From assembly GCF_009914755.1 (NCBI RefSeq), contig NC_060927.1: 64,000 nucleotides of DNA; one strand, given 5' to 3'. The translations under genes and the position numbers were made by a program. Position 1 is the stretch's first letter; each line of letters begins with the position of its first letter. The notes beneath the pieces are model-generated. The model saw only the letters and a list, made by a program, of their open reading frames with translations, searched no databases and was not told the DNA's origin. Below, in pieces: positions 1 through 23,011 of this stretch. Origin of the DNA: the human T2T-CHM13v2.0 reference genome, Homo sapiens.

Positions 1-3732
<3,732 letters not shown>

Positions 3733-4353
3733 CAGCACTCTAATACCAGGTGAGCCCCTGGTCTAGCCATTTCAGGAGGGAGATTGGCCTGAGCTAGGCC
3801 CCTTTTGCAAATCTTCTTCACTGACCTTTGAACATTGACAACTCACAATTTCACCAGTTGGCAGAATGGTGTTACTTTATCACTGCATTCCTGAGTGAAA
3901 AGGTGAGGGACACAGGCCTCCAGGTTGTCTGTCTCCTTCCTTCTGGTCTGTGGATGCTGTTGGAATCATCTCTGGGATTGAAAGAGACGGTGGTGGGGTG
4001 GGCCCAGGAGAATGCCAAGGAATCAGGGCAGGTGTGCCAGGAGTTGGCTCCCCTATCCTAAGAGTGAGGGGAGCAGCAGATAGATGGGTAAGGGGAACCC
4101 TGAGTCCTAGAGATGAGAAGGTAGGTCCCAGTGCCCAACTGTGGTGGCTTGAGCCTCACAGAGGCAGAGGTGTGCTAATGTAAGTGCTCCCAGAGCTCAA
4201 CTGGCAAGAGTTCACAATGTAGAACCAGATCCACGTGACTACACAGGCGTGATGCCTGTGAGTGTGGGGAACACAGGAATCAGAATGAACTGAGGGCCGG
4301 GTCATTTCCAGCCTGCAGCCAGCCCTTTTTAATTTCCCTTTTGAAAGAATTGC

Positions 4354-4643
4354 TGGCCAGGCACGGTGGCTCACGCCTGTAATCCTAGCACTTTGGAAAG
4401 CCGAGGCGGGTGGATCACGAGGTCAGGGGTTCGAGACCAGCCTGACCAACATGGTGAAACCCAGTCTCTACTAAAAATACAAAAATTAGCCAGGCGTGGT
4501 GGCACAGGCCTGTAATCCCAGCTACTCAGGAGGCTGAGGCAGGAGAATCCCTTGAACCTGGGAGGCGGAGGTTGCATTGAGCCGAGATTGTGCCACTGCA
4601 CTCCAGCCTGGGCAATAGACCAAGACTCTGTCTCAAAAAAAAA
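4354..4643 (+). mobile_element. AluS element
   Basis: Full dimer with A tail; TSD aaagaattgctg. Confidence 0.92.
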
Positions 4644-5733
4644 AGAATTGCTGCTTTTCTCCCAGGCCTCAGCTGTGACTCTGTGTTCCCTGCTGGAACT
4701 TCACTCCACCATTCACTTATCTCTCTCCTTGTTCCTGCCCTTTCTTCTCAGCCTTCCCTTCCAGCTCTTAAATCTCTCTTTCTAGAAGCTTCTAAAGACC
4801 AGCTCCTCCCTTAAGTATTGTTACGAAGTTTATCATCAGTTGGCTTACAACCCTGGTTTCTACTGGCTTTGGCATGAACACTGGTGGGATGCAGCCATGG
4901 ATCCTGGAAATCTCTTGTCATAGGGTTGGATGGGTCCATCTTCTCATATGCCTTGTGCTATGGCTTGAATTTGCAGTTTGCAACTAGCAAGTTCCAAAGC
5001 TATTTATTTTTGAAGCTGTCTTGTTTCTATTTTGATTCTGGTAATCCAAATTGCAGTTTGGTGTTTCCACGGAAACAATTCAGTGATTGTTTGGCTTGCC
5101 AAGATGAACTGTGGGGGAGAGAACTGAATGATGTAAAATATTTAAAGTTTCTCAGTCATGATCAAAGTCAACTATCAAGTCTCCCTGAGAAGGATTTGGT
5201 CCTAGCTCCTTAAAAACCTGAGGAAGTTTTATTAAAATTCTGGGCTTTTGTTCCCCCTCCAACTAAATCCCTGGAGAACAGCTCCCCAAACCCTGTTCTG
5301 AGCAAATGAGCGTGTATCTGCTCACTGTATAGACTCAGATGACGAAGGCGGGAAGTTCTTCTTGGGCACCTCAGGGAGCCAGAGATGCAGAGACGGGAGT
5401 AGATCGTGTCACCAGGGAAATGAGGAGGCCTATGTGCCCACTCCCTGCTAATCTGGGACTGGCATGGAGAGGCTCAGGACTCACCTGCTTGACTGTACAG
5501 CTGCATTTCTAGTGAGGAAAAGTTCCACATTCAAGGATTCCAGGATGAATTGCCTGTTTGGAAAATCTGAATTTTTAAATAAAGGCTTTGCTTAAGCAAA
5601 GACATACCTGTCTCTCTGGCCAGGGAGAGCCTGTATTCTCCCTCATTCCTCACCCCCACCCTGTGCTGGGCCCTCATTCCCGTCTCTACTCCAGGTAGGA
5701 AAAATAAATAAATTTCAAAGTCTTCTAGAGTAA

Positions 5734-6068
<335 letters not shown>

Positions 6069-6544
6069 AGATCCCTATTTAATACAGCCACGGCTGCAAA
6101 GCCCCACCTGGGAGGGGCCAGGCCCTGACCAGTAGTAAACCAGTGAACTAACTGAGCTCCTGAGAAACAGCTCTTTGAGACCTAGATAACCCAGCTCCTG
6201 AGGATCTAGCTCCCCCAGAAAAGGACTGCCCTCGTGTCAGGGTCCTGCCAAGCCCTCCTGGTGTGGCCCCTAGGCTCCACTCCAGAAACTGAAAGTTGGG
6301 TCTGGACAGGTACTTTGTGAAGGATGTCCATGGCTAGTTGACTGGAGATGAGGGTTTTTAAACTAACTGCTTTTGTCTTTACAGAAGTGATACATGTCCA
6401 CTGCAGGTCAATTAGAAAATACAGATGACAAAAAAAAGACTATACCCTCCTATCCATCACCCCCAAAAGTTTTTTTGCACATGAGCTCATACACATTTTC
6501 ACAAACTTGAGATCAGTTGCACTTGATCCAAAGTGCAATTACAT

Positions 6545-7500
<956 letters not shown>

Positions 7501-8101
7501 GAAGGCACTGTTTTGAGACCTGTTTTTCTGAGTATCAAGTAGCCTGACATCTCTCCATCCAGACAGGCTATTCTTCACCTGAGCAGGGGCAGTTGAGCAT
7601 ACTGTGAGCACTTTTCATTTGCTTCCATTCTTCTTGCTCAGGGAGAAGAAATTGGCCTCTGACTCCACAGGCTGTGAATGCTTTGTGCTACCTCCTGCAG
7701 GGTCTGAGTGGTAGGTGGCCTGGAAGGAGCCTGTAGTTAGCCTTAACCTCAACTCCTGCCCCAGGCAGGGCAGTGGCAGTGGCCACAACTGGTTGGGAAC
7801 CAGGGCACGCCCACTGGGGAGGCACATGCAATCAAGTGGCCAGGGTCTAACCATGCCATAGTTCTTGGGGCACCAGCAGGTGCCAGGCCAACCTCTGCTA
7901 AGGAGTGGGTGTGTAGCCTCCACATTTGAGCCCAGAGGAATCACTAGACCTGTGGTAAGGGATGTTGCTGGCTATGCAGCCTGCCCTATGCCAGAGTCAC
8001 TGGCCTAAAAGACAGTCTGTTAGACAATCACTCAGCTGTTAGTTAGGCCTTTCTCCCCAACTCTTTGGTTTGTTCGGGCTTTAGCACTTATAAACAGCCC
8101 T

Positions 8102-8204
8102 GGCTGGTCCAAAGGTAGTGAGTTATCTCAATCGACTACTCACAGTTTCAGATCTAACTCCTTGTTCTACTCCTTCCCCTCTTCTTATACTACCCTCAGT
8201 CTTT
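8102..8204 (+). pseudogene. Y1 RNA (RNY1-like) pseudogene, copy 1
   Basis: GGCTGGTCCAAAGGTAGTGAGTTATCTCAAT...GATCTAACTCCTTGTTCTACTC...AGTCTTT closely follows hY1. Confidence 0.9.
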
Positions 8205-8215
8205 AAAAACAATCA

Positions 8216-8319
8216 GGTCCAAAGGTATTGAGTTATCTCAATTGACTACTCACAGTTACAGATCTAACTCCTTGTTCCACTCCTTCCCCACTTCTTATAC
8301 TATACTTCACTTGGTCTTT
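8216..8319 (+). pseudogene. Y1 RNA (RNY1-like) pseudogene, copy 2 (tandem, lacks first 4 nt)
   Basis: GGTCCAAAGGTATTGAGTTATCTCAATTG...GGTCTTT, then A-rich tail and TSD aaacagcc. Confidence 0.9.
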
Positions 8320-8431
8320 AAAAACAATCAAAACAAAAAACAGCCTTTTGCCAGCTCTGCCTCACCCCCATATTCCTTCCTCTTATTAGCTCAGGAGGTG
8401 GGCACTTCCCTGAGATTCAGTTTCCTTTCTT

Positions 8432-8902
8432 CCCTTTTTTTTTCTTTTTTTTTTTGAGACAGGGTCTCACTCTGTCACTCATGCTGGAGTGCAGTGGCGT
8501 GATCTCAGCTCACTGCAATCTCTGCCTCCTGGCCTCAAGTGATCCTTTCGCCTCAGTCCCTACCCAAGTAGCTGGAACTACAGGCACGAACCACCATGAC
8601 CAGCTAAATTATTATTTTTTTGAGACAGAGTCTTGCTCTGTCACTCAGGATGGAGGGGAGCGGTGCCATCTCGGCTCATTGCAACCTCCGCCTCCAGGTT
8701 CAAGCAATTCTCCTACCTCAGCCTCCAAAGTAGCTGGGACTACAGGTGCACACCACCACTCCTGGCTAATTTTTGTATTTTTAGTGGAGATGGGGTTTCG
8801 CCATGTTGGCCAGGCTGGTCTCAAACTCCTAACCTCAAGTGATCCACTCGCCTTGGCCTCCCAAAGTGCTGGGATTACAGACGTGAGCCACTGTGCCTGG
8901 CC
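8432..8902 (-). mobile_element. Alu right arm plus full Alu in the C3orf62 3' UTR
   Basis: Alu consensus. Confidence 0.9.
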
Positions 8903-9259
8903 ACTCCTGTACTTTTTTAGGGGCCCGTGGAAAAGAACACTAAGAGACACAGCAGAGGCCCATGACCCACACCTACCATGGGTACTGGGTATATTGAACA
9001 TCAATCAAAAAAACACATTCAAGATGTCAAGGAAAGTTAAAAAAAAAAATCAGTAATAGGAAACATTTCAAAGCAATGGAATTCAAAAAACTGGTCTCAC
9101 AGCTTAAAAAGGGACACAACTGGGATTTAAAAAGGGTCTGGTAATTCAGGTTCTGCCAACCTTTTGAGAAATGTGGCCCCTGACGGCCATTGTAGCTGCT
9201 TCTGCTCAGGCTCAAGGGCAGCCTCCTGCTGTAAGGAATCAAAGCTTAGATAACTGTCC

Positions 9260-9526
<267 letters not shown>

Positions 9527-11591
9527 TTAAAAATAAGAACATTCAGCTTTACAATTCCAGTGGAAGGTTTCTGAAGACATTTCAGGTGCAAGTTAAAAAC
9601 CATGAATGGGTTGTCATTTATCAGGGATTGTGTAAAAGCAGGCATTCCTGCCCCAGGACAGGCAGGCTGCCAGACTGCCAAATTAAGGTGGGTTTGGTAC
9701 CTTCCTTTCAGGCCCAAGCATTTAGTGAGTTCCAACTATATGCCAGTCCCCAAGAAAGGTATAAGTGGGAGGGTATAGAAATGTACATGGTTGTCCTGGC
9801 TCTCAGGGATGACAAGACACAATGTGAAAAAAAAACAAGGAAACAAGGTCTTTAGGGTAATAAACTGCTGCCCAGCCAGGAGCGGTGGTGTGTAACCTGC
9901 AATCCCAGCAACTTGAGAGGCTGAGGTAGAATAATAACTTGCGCCCAGGAGTTTGAGACCAGCCTGGGCAACAGAGTGAGGCCCTGTCTCAAAAAAAAAA
10001 AAAACAAAAAAAAAAAACAAAAAAACCTCCCTGATGTTGGTGAAAGCCAAGGAAGATGGTGGGTAGAGGCAGTAATGACTTCAGTTTACCTCCTGGGGCT
10101 ACTGGAGGAGACTCAGGCCACTGAAGTCACAGGCTGGCAGGGATTTTACTTTGTGGCCCAGGGGGTGTACCCTACCCTCACCAGGCCTCCCTTTCCTCCC
10201 TCATAACCTGGAGATCCTTCAGAAACAACAGCTTCAGGCAGCACCCACGGTTATACATCCCTTTACTAGGAGCTGTAGTATGAGTTTTTTAAAAACAGGG
10301 CACATTGGCATGGTTTGCCTGTAAACCCAGCACTTTGGGAGGCTGAGGCAGGAGGATCACTTGAGACCAGGAGTTCAAGACCAGCCTGGGTAACAAAGCA
10401 AGACCTTGTCTCTATTTATAAAAAATACTACTACTAATAATAAAAAGACAAAATAAAAAATAGAGCACATGTAGTTCACATACAGGACATTCAGATTTGT
10501 ATGTAGAAAAAAAGTCTGACAGGATGTATGCTATACTATATCTATATTAACAGTGGTTATCTCTGGGTGGTAGAATTATAGGAAAGCTTTTGACTTCTAA
10601 TTTTTCTCCTAATCTTTTTTTTTTTTTTTTTTTTTTTTTTTTGAGACAGAGTCTCATTCTGTCACCCAGGCTGGAGGGCAGTGGTGCGATCTCGGCTCAC
10701 TGCAACCTCTGCCCTCTGCCTCCTGGGTTGAAACAATTCTCATGCCTCAGCCATCCAAGTGGCTGGGATTACAGGTGTGCACCACCACGCCTGGCTAATT
10801 TTTTGTGTTTTTAGTAGAGAAGGGGTTTTGCCATGTTGCCCAGGCTGATCTCGAACTCCTGACCTCAAGTGATCTGCCCGCCTCAGCCTCCCAAAGTGCT
10901 AGGACTAAAGGTGTGAGCCACTGTGCCCAGCCCTTTTCTCCTAATCTTTAATTACTGACCCCAGCTAAATTACTCTCTCCTTTTTGCCTATGTCCTGTTT
11001 CCTAAAAATTTAAGCTCAATCACCATGTCCTAGTGGCCACCATCCCTTGCCTTCAGGGACTCAGTGCATCTAAACATTGATGACATGACCTGATTGATGT
11101 ATCTATCACCTCACAAGATAATCAGTTGTATGAGGGAAGGGACAGGTTTTGTTAACATTCAGTTCCCTAATCAATGCAGAGTCTGAGCAAAACATCTACC
11201 AAATAAAAAGATAAGAGTGTTTTGGCCGGGAGTGGTGGCTCTTGCCTGATCCCAGCACTGGGAGGCCACAGTAAGTGGATTACTTGAGACTAGGAGTTCG
11301 AGACCAGCCTGGACAACACAGCAAAACCCTAATACAAATATTAGCCAATCATGGTGGCGTGCACCTGTAGTACTAGTGTAGTACTATGGCTACTTGGGAG
11401 GCTGAGCTGGGAGGATCACCTGAGCCCAGGGAGGTTGAGGCTGCAGTGAACTGTGATCGTGCCACTGCACTCCAGCCTGGGTAATATGATGAGACTCTGT
11501 CTCTCCCCCCAAAAAGTGGTGGTGGTGTTTTTTCTTTTGAGATGAGGTCTCGCACAGTTGCCCAGGCTGCAGTACAGTGGTATGATCATAG

Positions 11592-11954
<363 letters not shown>

Positions 11955-11970
11955 TGAACTCCTGACCTCA

Positions 11971-12266
<296 letters not shown>

Positions 12267-12624
12267 TCTTTCAAGAAAATATTGAAGGGAAACTCAGTTT
12301 TAGATAATCTCAAAGACAAAAACTTACTGGTGACCTTGTCATTTATGCTTTGATTAAAGGACAATTGGAAACTGCTACATCAGTGGAGAAATTGACTAAC
12401 AGCTTTACCATAATGACTCACGAGCATCGCAGACTGTATTAAATTTTTTTCTTTTTTAGAGACAGGGTTTAGCCATGTTGCCCAGGCTGGTCTCGAACTC
12501 CTGGGCTCAGGCGATCCACTCGCCTCAGCCTCCCAAAGTGCTGGGAATACGGGCATGAGCCACCTCACCCAGCCTGCATTTGTTTACTTATTTATTTATT
12601 TTTATTTTTTATTTATTTTTTTGA

Positions 12625-12732
<108 letters not shown>

Positions 12733-12789
12733 TAGCTGGGATTACAGGCGCCTGCCACCACGCCCAGCTAATTTTTGTATTTTTAGTAG

Positions 12790-13179
<390 letters not shown>

Positions 13180-13182
13180 TGA

Positions 13183-13909
<727 letters not shown>

Positions 13910-14505
13910 TGAAGTTTCATCTCATACATTCATCCCTTCTCCAAGTCAAGGTGCCTGGGACCAGGCAATTTCAAGTTACTCGGGAGAAGAAAAAGTCTAG
14001 AAGAGACCTGGTGATGGTCCAAAAAGATCTGGGGTAAGAGCGGGGAGCAGAGGCAAAGATGAAGCCAGGAAGTAGGGCCCAGCCTTCAATTAAGCCTCTC
14101 CCTAATGTGGGCAAAGGAGGGTATCAAAGGCCCCAGTGTCCAGATTCAAACACAGGAGTTAAGATGGAATTAAGACTTTTGTTTCTGCAACTTAAAAAAT
14201 AAGGTTATTTTTAAAACCCGGTTATTTTACATCCACTACCCCTTTGGGTACTGCAAAGTGGTTTCCATGACTGGTTTTTGACATCAACGATTGACAACTA
14301 GCCCCTCAACTGGAACATATACACAAAATATAACTGTTTCCTAGGCCAGATTCTGAAGAATGTCTGTCAACTCCCCAAATGCAGTCACAGAGCTGCCAAG
14401 AGGAGGCAAGAGCACTGTCATGAACTAAATCTAGGATCTTCAACAACTTTTTCAGAAACAAGAATCCCCTTAATTGTAGCTGTTAAACCATCAAAATTAG
14501 AATCA

Positions 14506-15470
<965 letters not shown>

Positions 15471-15926
15471 CTTGGCAGGGATGAGGAAAGAACCCGTTCT
15501 AGAAAGCATCTGGGTAACACCAAAATGTATTACTACCCTAAATCGCCATGAACTGGAGCCCTTTCCCGGCTAACTCCCACAAAGATTTCTGTTCTCAAGC
15601 CAACATGGAAACAACTAGACGGGACACAGCACCGGGCAGTTTTATGTACTGACTTCCTTTAAGCGTTATCTAATAAAAAGTGTGTTATCTAATAAAAGTT
15701 CCACACAGTATTTAACCGTCTTAATTCATCTAGGGTAGCAGGGGATATAACAGAACTGCTGGGTTCCACAGGAGGTTGAGGGGCCAGGATCCCCAACACT
15801 AGATATCTTCCTTAGCGGGGAGAAAGCTGGAAATTACAAGATGACTCAACGGAGAAATGGGCTTCAGTGGGTAACTTTCAGAAAATTATAAACCCATATC
15901 AGTGCACATAGCGAGGGAAAGGGGAG

Positions 15927-15932
15927 TTTACT
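15927..15932 (-). terminator. USP4: Probable USP4 poly(A) signal (variant AGTAAA)
   Basis: I found no minus-strand AATAAA between the USP4 stop and the C3orf62 CpG island; AGTAAA is followed by GU/U-rich sequence (gatatgggtttataatttt). Confidence 0.55.
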
Positions 15933-16372
15933 TGAGGTTTGGGTTACTGTGAGCAGACTACTTGGGGTGACTAGTATTGGCATCAGAACCAGAAATCCAG
16001 GCGCTCAGGGCAGCCCTGCAGGTGGGGTGGGTCTCCAGGCTGCTCCATACTCAGCGCCTGTGTTCCTCTCCATTCTTCGGGATCCATCAGACATACTCCA
16101 TTGAGTACCCCCATCCCACCCCCTTTTCAGCTTCACAGGTTTCACAGAAATTTCTCACCACCTGTTTAAAAATAAAAATAATTCAGCCTCTTGACATAGC
16201 TTCTTCTAGGTAAACGGTCTTCTTTTTTTTTTTTTGTTTCCTTCTGCTCATAAAAGAAGGGTATTTCCTTGTCTGGTTTTTAGACAGAACACTAGCAGTC
16301 TGCAGAGTGTCAAAGATGTTCTCCTGGGGGATTACACTGGCGCTACAGGGTGGCAGGATCGTGGAGTCAGCA

Positions 16373-16531
16373 TTAGTTGGTGTCCATGCTGCAAGCCTCA
16401 TCATCCCCAAAGCCCTGCTGAGAGCTGCTTGGTCGTGTCCCTCCATCAGAGGAACCAGAACTGCTAAGTGAAGGTGTCTTATAAAATTCATCATCTCGAC
16501 GTTGGTAAAATAGCACATAAGCTGCTTTAGT
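16373..16531 (-). CDS. USP4: USP4 exon 22, last coding exon ([12 protein letters not shown]...CSMDTN*)
   Basis: tatttcag acceptor; TAA at 16373-16375; AYVLFY C-terminal USP motif. Confidence 0.97.
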
Positions 16532-16893
16532 CTGAAATACAAGAGGGGGAAAGACCATTCAGTGCTTGGAAAAATCACCCATTTTCCCCAGCTTTTCTCT
16601 AGCTGTCCAAAACCCTCAAGGATCTGCCATATCCACACAGAGGAGACCCTTCCACCTGAGGATGGCTGCCCCTGCCAGGCAGCAGGAAATGGAAGGAGCC
16701 TTGTGCAGAGAACTCTGAGGAGAGCTGAGCTTCTCATTTATGAAGGTCCCTGAAGGAATGCCAGCCAGCTCTGTCACACCTAGCTCCCACTATCACATCA
16801 GGATGATGAAATAACCAACTAGCCTGATAGAGGCTCTTCCCAGCTTTAATCCATAACGACATGAGGAAGAACCACATATCATGGCCTACTCAC

Positions 16894-16982
16894 CACTATC
16901 TGATCCTCAGAGGCCAGGGACACGTTGCTATCATCAAAGTAATACCATTTACCATTCAGTTTGTTCTTCGCATATGCAGTGT
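16894..16982 (-). CDS. USP4: USP4 exon 21 ([20 protein letters not shown]...DQIV)
   Basis: ggcag / GTG|gtgagt, 89 nt; WYYFDD catalytic Asp motif. Confidence 0.96.
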
Positions 16983-18823
16983 CTGCCAAGTCAACAAAGA
17001 AAATACTCTAGCGGTCTCCAGAGAATTAATCTGGCTAGCTTATTAGGCTTGCACTAAATAAACACAAAAATCCCCAAAACAAAACCCCTGAAATTAAAAA
17101 AGTTTACAGTGTGTGTCTTAACAACCAAAAAACAACTCACCTTCTTTTCTAATCTGTTCCTTCTCAAAAAGGATCAAAAGGCTAAAAATGGAGCTGTCAG
17201 GGACCAAGATTTTAAACTATAATTTTGGGAAACTAATAGAAAAAACAGAGCTATTCAGTGCCAATCTTCAGGATGGCTATGTGCAATAATCCAAAACCAG
17301 GGAACCCATAAAAGGAGCTGAAACTTCTAAGATTTAAGCAAAACAATAGCTCTCACAAGGACATGCCAAGTCAGTCTCCCCCATTGCATCTAGGCAGGTG
17401 GCTACTAACATCAACAGAATGCTTAGTGCCTCGGGAGCCTACAGAATAATCCCAGTTAGAGGAACATTGGGTGTTTGGGTTTGCAGAGCTGGGATGTGAA
17501 CAACATACCTTAGTCTCCATATCCAAAAAAAAAAAAATTTATCTTTCTCTAAAACTAGGAGTCCAGAGTCTGTGGTTAGGTAACAGTTTCCCACAATGAT
17601 TCAAGCATTTCCCAGAGGCAATGCTTCTTGTCTTGACTTTACACTATTCCCAAGCAGGATGTGTTTATTACAGCAATCCCAGCCCAGTTCCTGCTCCACC
17701 CAGACTCTCAGAAACTACAGAACCCAATGGAGATCTGATATCCAGTGTCAACTTACTGTGTGGTTTTAGGTAAGGTGTTTAACACTTCAGCCTCAGTTTC
17801 CTCACTATAGCATTGACTGCACAAAGTGGTGGTGAGGATCATGGGAAAGGGCAACAGAGAAGGTGCCCAAGGCCAGTTCACACAGTCTGTGCTTGACACA
17901 ATAGCAGCAACGGTGGCTTTCAATTTTGAAGTTCCAACTGTAGGCCCAATGTGGACCCTCACACAACCAGCCTAACCTCATGGATGAGAAAACTGAGGAT
18001 GAGAAACTTGCCCAAATGGTATGTTTGTGTGCAAAAATTAGCAAATAAAAATGAACACAGGCAGGGCACGGTGACTCACACCTGTGATCCCAACACTTTG
18101 GGAGGCCAAGGCAGGGTGGTTCGCTTGAGCCCAGGAGTTCAAGACCAGCCTGGGCAACATGCCAAAACCCTGTCTCTACTAAAAATACAAAAATTAGCCA
18201 GGTGTGGTGGCGCACACCTGTAATCCCAGCTACTCGGCAGGCTGAGGCACGAGAATCGCTTGAACCCGGGAGGTGGAGGTTGCAAGTGAGCCGAGACTGC
18301 GCCACTGCTTTCCAGCCTGGGTGACAGAGTGAGAATCTGTCTCAAAAAAAGAGCAAACCAGCCAGGCACAGTGCCTCACACCTGTAATCCCAGCACTTTG
18401 GGAGGCCGAGGCGGGCGGATCACGAGGTCAGGAGATCGAGACCATCCTGGCTAACATGGTGAAACCCCGTCTCTACTAAAAATACAAAAAATTAGCCAGG
18501 CGTGGTGGCGGGCGCCTGTAGTCCCAGCTACTCAGGAGGCTGAGGCAGGAGAATGGCGTGAACCTGGGAGGCAGAGCTTGCAGTGAGTGAGATTGCGCCA
18601 CTGTGTTCTAGCCTGGGTGACATAACGAGACTCCGTCTCAAAAAAAAAAAAAAAAAAAGAATTAAAAAAAAACAGAGAGGGGAATCAGTATGAAGAAAGC
18701 GTGCAGCATGAAGCCTGTGAAACTGCATAAGCAAAGCATTTAGGGCAATGCCTGGTCCACTGGTGAGAGATGATGGCCGAGCACATTTCAACATCTCAGA
18801 AGGAAGCAGATGTCAATACTTAC

Positions 18824-18927
18824 AGTGGCCAACCCCCATGGCTCCATAATGATTGGACACGGCAATGAGGTCGTACACATAAGGCCTTGCTGACAGGTTA
18901 CAGACAAACTCGGACATGTTCAGCCCT
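18824..18927 (-). CDS. USP4: USP4 exon 20 (GLNMSEF...[17 protein letters not shown]; His box)
   Basis: tgctcag / T|gtaagt, 104 nt. Confidence 0.96.
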
Positions 18928-19105
18928 CTGAGCACAAAACACAAAAATAGTTATTGAATATGTTAAACCCAAACAAAGTAGTTAAGAGTAACCCAGCAAC
19001 CTCTGTTATGCAACAGGGCAGAACACAGGGAGGCACTCAAACTATTCGAGAGAGACCAAGATGGAAGGGACTCTAGGATCCATGTTCTGACCACTGACAT
19101 ATTCA

Positions 19106-19270
<165 letters not shown>

Positions 19271-19348
19271 TCACACCTGTAATCCCAGCACTTTCGGAGG
19301 CCAAGGCAGGCGGATCACGAGATCAGAAGATTGAGACCATCCTGGCTA

Positions 19349-19804
<456 letters not shown>

Positions 19805-19841
19805 TCAAAAAAAAAAAAAAAAGGCCGGGCACAGTGGCTCA

Positions 19842-20099
<258 letters not shown>

Positions 20100-20367
20100 T
20101 CAAAAAAAAACAAAAACAAAACAAAAAAAACAACAACAACAACAAAAGAAAATGGGAGAACCTTTCTGGGTAACTCCAGCACCAGACAAAATGGTGATGA
20201 GGGTCTAGAGATACACACAGAGGGCTTCAGCAAGTATGCAGAAATGGCTGTTCTTAACAGAATTACAGTTGGTGCCATAATAATTTAAACTCAACCAAAA
20301 CAGGCCCCAGAAAGCTTTCTTCCTCCAATATTTTATTTAAAAATTTTCAAACACACAGAAAAGATAA

Positions 20368-20526
<159 letters not shown>

Positions 20527-20652
20527 TAGCTAATTTTGTTTTGTACTTTTAGTAGAGATGGGGTTTCACCATGTTGGTCAGGCTGGTCTCAAACTCCTGA
20601 CCTCGTAATTTGCCCACCTCAGCCTCCCAAAGTGCTGGGATTACAGGTGTGA

Positions 20653-21231
<579 letters not shown>

Positions 21232-22011
21232 TGAGTAGCTGGGACCACAGGTGTGCGCCACCACATCCAGCTAACTTTTGCATTTTTAGTAGAGATGGGG
21301 TTTCACCATGTTGGCCAGGATGGTCTCGATCTCCAGACCTTGTGATCTGCCCACCTTGGCCTCCCAAAGTGCTGGGATTACAAGCATGAGCCACCGTGCC
21401 CAGCCTATTTTTTTAAATATATTTTTTATTTTTTGTAGAGAGGAAGTCTCTCTATGTTGTCCAGGCTGGTTTTGAACTCCTAGGCTCAAGTGATCCTCCC
21501 ACCTTGGCCTCCCAAATTGATGATATGTGAGCCACTGTGCCCAGCCAGGGAACATCTATCTGTTAACTTACTTTCCTGTTCTTAGTTACAGTCTGTACTG
21601 TGGGGCTTGAGAGGATATGAGTAGACAGCCAGTCCCAATCCCTACCCCAGGGACAGGATCATGGCAGGTGTGCAGCCCACCTGCAGCCCCCAATAATAAC
21701 CCAACTCTACCTGACAGGCTATTCTTGGTTGCCTTGTCCCCTGTTGTGCTGCCTCTGCTAAGGTGAGGCTACCTGTGACAGATGATGGACAGGAAGGCCA
21801 GTTAGGTGGCCTAAGTGACTCGAGAGGGAAACTAGCAGTGGCAGGGGTGACTGGCAGCAGCCTGTGTCTGGGCAAATGCTTCCACTGGAGAGTCTCTTCC
21901 CCAAAGATGGGAGGATAGGGACAGAAGGGGTAACTACAGCTAAACTCTGACCTCCTAGACCCCGGCAACACACATCCTTACTCAGAAAAGTTTTTGGTGG
22001 CAAACCACTCA

Positions 22012-22248
<237 letters not shown>

Positions 22249-22557
22249 TTAGCAGGGCAAGCCGGCAGCCAGTGCCACCTGGGCACTCATGCATGGAGGC
22301 ACAGCTGCAGTCCCCTGATAGCTGCCATCCTCTCGGTCAGCACTCAACACTACTGCTTCTGGCCAGGGACCTGTCTTCCAAAATGGGGTGACGGCTTTCC
22401 TTGGAAACCTCAACTCACAGAGGATTATGTTGTAGGGTTAGCTATATAAAGAAGTGACACATCCAAATACAAAGGGGTTTATGTGCACAGATGGCCCTAG
22501 CAGATCTGAGTCCTGGGGTGCATGGGGCCTCTGCCCAGACAGTGAGGAGCTGCGTAC

Positions 22558-22676
22558 CAGGGGTCATGCTCCCCAAGGGTCTCCATGGTGGTGAAGAGCT
22601 CGATGCAGTCTCTCAGGGCCACTGTGGTCTTCTTCTTCTTCTGAGGCTGCAACATGCTCACATGCTTCTCGTAGGC
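22558..22676 (-). CDS. USP4: USP4 exon 18 ([18 protein letters not shown]...EHDPW; basic NLS-like QKKKK)
   Basis: cccatag / TG|gtacgc, 119 nt; manual translation. Confidence 0.95.
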
Positions 22677-22940
22677 CTATGGGAATCAAAGCACTCAGTT
22701 CTGCTGGAGAAAGAGATCTTACTGCATTAAGACATGAAGGCCTACAGAGGCTCTCCCACCTGGAATGTAGTACACTTTCTAGAGCCTCTGAATATAAAAT
22801 GACAAAATCTTGAAGTGCTTTTCCTTCTCAGTCTTAAATATAACTTGCTAAATTGCTGTCCAACTGGTGAAAGTGATCGCAGTCCACATCCAGAGCAGAA
22901 ACCAGCAGACACCACCGACCACGAACCCCGAGGGACCTAC

Positions 22941-23011
22941 CTCAGATTCTTGCTCATCATAGTAAAGTCTCCGAGTTTCACTGTCCCAATCCATGGCCAG
23001 TGTAGATCGAG
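22941..23011 (-). CDS. USP4: USP4 exon 17 (RSTLAMDWD...EQESE)
   Basis: cctcag / GAG|gtaggt, 71 nt. Confidence 0.95.

Noticed and set aside
4884-5213. 109-aa plus-strand non-repeat ORF
   Set aside because: GTG start and no recognisable motif; the splice signals here favour the minus strand
16183-16737. 184-aa ORF over the last USP4 exon
   Set aside because: Alternative frame starting in an intron; no supporting signals
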